A stretch of DNA of 64,000 nucleotides from Octopus vulgaris (taxonomy: Eukaryota), in the NCBI GenBank assembly GCA_951406725.2, contig OX597824.1, positions 54,312,001-54,376,000 on the forward strand, in the 5' to 3' direction. Position 1 is the first letter of the stretch. Every line of letters begins with the position of its first letter. Below are positions 61,676 through 64,000 of the stretch, one piece after another. The notes below the pieces were generated by a model. The model was given only the letters and a program-made list of their open reading frames with translations. It ran no database searches and had not been told where the DNA came from. The translations under genes were made by a program, and so were the position numbers.

Positions 61676-62387
61676 CTACCTTGGATATCCTTGTTGCTTA
61701 TTTTGATTATAATCACCCCATTTGATTTATATGGATAATGCCATACAAAATTCTGGTGCCTTTAACTTAAGTACCATATTCATCTGAATCTATATATATA
61801 TAGTTCCACATTTCTCCTCCTAAAATGGACAGGTCAGTTTTAGCTTCACCACTATTATAATGTAAATCTTTTTGAACTCATAATATTCTGTACGTGTATA
61901 CTGAACTTTTTTAATAATTCCTCCTGGAAATTATCTTGTGATGTATAATATATTTGTTGTAATCTTTTGTGCCCATTATTTCAATGAGCTTGTTAAACTT
62001 TTTTATATTCTCAACATACTCTTGTCACCAAAGAATGTATATTTATATGGATTATAGTACTCTGTGTCAACCAATATTCTGTGCATGTTTGAATATACAG
62101 ATACAATACCAATATCAATTCCTTCTGGAAACTATCTTAAGCATGTCCTTGAGAACGATTATTTATGTAGTAATCTTTTGTGCCCAATATTTTAAGGAAC
62201 TTGTTGAACTTTTTTATGTCCTTAACATGTCCCTGTTACCAAAGACTGTATATATGTAATGTAGCAATTTGCAACATCCAATAATTAACGCAACCAAACT
62301 TCTAAATGTTACTTTTGACAATCTTTTTCCAAAGAGTGAAACCGGTAAAGTAAATAAACATCTTTTAAATTGCATTTTCAAACCTTC

Positions 62388-62423
<36 letters not shown>

Positions 62424-63086
62424 GATCCAGACAAAAGCCCTTTAGGATATAAGCCCCATAGTTAAAGTGTGACAGTGGACAAAAGCCTCACGGTTATATT
62501 TTTCAGTTATTTTTTCGTTTTTTCCCCCCTTTTACTTGTTTCAGTCATTAGACTGAAGCCATGCTGGGGAACTGCCTTGAAGAATTTTTAGTCAAATGTA
62601 TCAACCCCAGAATTTTTTTAATTTTTACTTGTAGTCATTAGACTGCAGCTATGCTGGGGCACCACCTTGAGAAATTTTTAGTCAAACGTATTGACCCCAG
62701 AATTTTTTCAAATAGTTTTCATCCAGCACATGAAGTTAAGCCTAGAAGGTCTCTCCACATGCTAGAAATAACAGCCAAATCTCTTGAAATTTTTTTATAA
62801 CCCACTCGGTTATATTTTGGGGTTGTGCTTTGTCTTTTTTTGTATTTTCTAAAAATCTTTTTACTTGTTTGTCATTGGACTACAGCCATTCTGGGGCACT
62901 GCCTTGAAGAATTTAAAAATAAAAAAATTAAAGCATTGATACATTCAACTAGAAATTCTTCAAGTTGGTGCCCCAGCATGGCCACAGTCTAATGACTGAA
63001 ACAAGTAAAAGGTGAAAAAAACGAAAAATATAACTGTGAGATTTTTTCTTACACTCATATATATATATATATAGAGAGATAGAGAG

Positions 63087-63510
63087 AGAGAGTATATACT
63101 TACGTATAGGATGAAAAAAGTGGGTACGTAGCCGCCATTATATATGTAAAAGTAAGAAAATATATACAAACTGGGACAAGAACGTGAAACACCTAGAAGA
63201 CGACACAAGAAACACAGGACGGGACATTCGAAGCCCTCAATCATCAGTCAAGAACCGGATCATCTTCGCAATTTCGGCTGATTAATCTTGAGATTGCTCC
63301 GATCTGGGCAGCCCCCAAGGGAAATCTAAGCCAAGCGCATTAGATCCCTTGGAGGAAAGCCTCGAATGTATACAACACAAGGAGGGAAAACGTGTCGTCT
63401 TCTAGGTGTTTCACATTCTTGTCCCAGTTTGTATATATTTTTTACTTTTACATATATAATGGCGGCTATGTACCCACTTTTTTCATCCTATACGTAAGTA
63501 TATACTCTCT
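63087..63510. mobile_element. Young Penelope-type inverted repeat (arms ~63087-63205 and ~63392-63510)
   Basis: The ~120-bp arms are nearly identical reverse complements. CTGATGA occurs on the minus strand near 63245 in the spacer. Confidence 0.65.
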
Positions 63511-64000
63511 AACATTGGTACGACTCTTGATCTGTCTCTTTCTCTCTCTCTTTCTCCTCCTCCCTTATTCCCCTTCTTTCTTTCTCTCTTCATCCGTCCC
63601 CCCTCTCCTACGTTTCTCTGCCTCTCATACCTTACACTCCCCTCGATCTGTCTCTTTCCCTCTCTTTCTTCTCCTCCCTTGTTCCCCTTCTCTCTCTCCT
63701 CATCTGTCCTTTTCTCCTCTCTTTTGTCCCCACGTGACCAGCCAGCGACTGCTGCTTTGCCCTTTCGCATCCAGCAGTCATTGTAGCAACACGTATTTGT
63801 TTGTCTCCTGTGGCCTAAAGGCACTCTTCCACTAGCCCCAAACTCAACTCGTCCTGTCGAAAGACCCTTGTCCTGACGTCCTGGTTTTGTTTTTATCCTT
63901 ACCATTATTGTTTTTATGTATTTGTATTCTTATCCGTGCTTTCTTTATTGTTTTTACGTATTTTTGTATTTTTATTCGTGTACATCGTCCGTTTTCTGTC

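Overview
AT-rich, microsatellite-laden eukaryotic DNA. The tRNA-derived SINE families and repeat landscape suggest an octopus (coleoid cephalopod) genome; this is inference. The one clear host gene is the 5' part of a minus-strand, secreted, Cys-Cys-repeat galaxin-like protein: four phase-1 exons at 9000-8985, 7370-7263, 6213-6043 and 923-783, a TATA box near 9055, and the gene continuing past base 1. The rest is a layered deposit of mostly dead transposons. Retroelements: RTE-clade LINEs, two Tx1/L1-type LINE ORF2 copies (one embedded in (TC)n), several SINEs, a probable solo LTR with an intact TATA/Inr, and many Penelope-like inverted-repeat modules carrying intact or decayed minimal type-I hammerhead ribozymes. 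DNA elements: a Helitron Rep/helicase pseudogene, non-autonomous Helitrons including a head-to-tail dimer, piggyBac, mariner, a Tc1 MITE and Merlin-like MITEs. Structural oddities include a recent ~790-bp templated insertion at the centre of a palindromic MITE, nested inverted repeats, a candidate distal alternative signal-peptide exon, and a ~2.5-kb extremely AT-rich island. All calls were made by eye, and many element boundaries are approximate. Most short ORFs in the supplied track are microsatellite or antisense artefacts.
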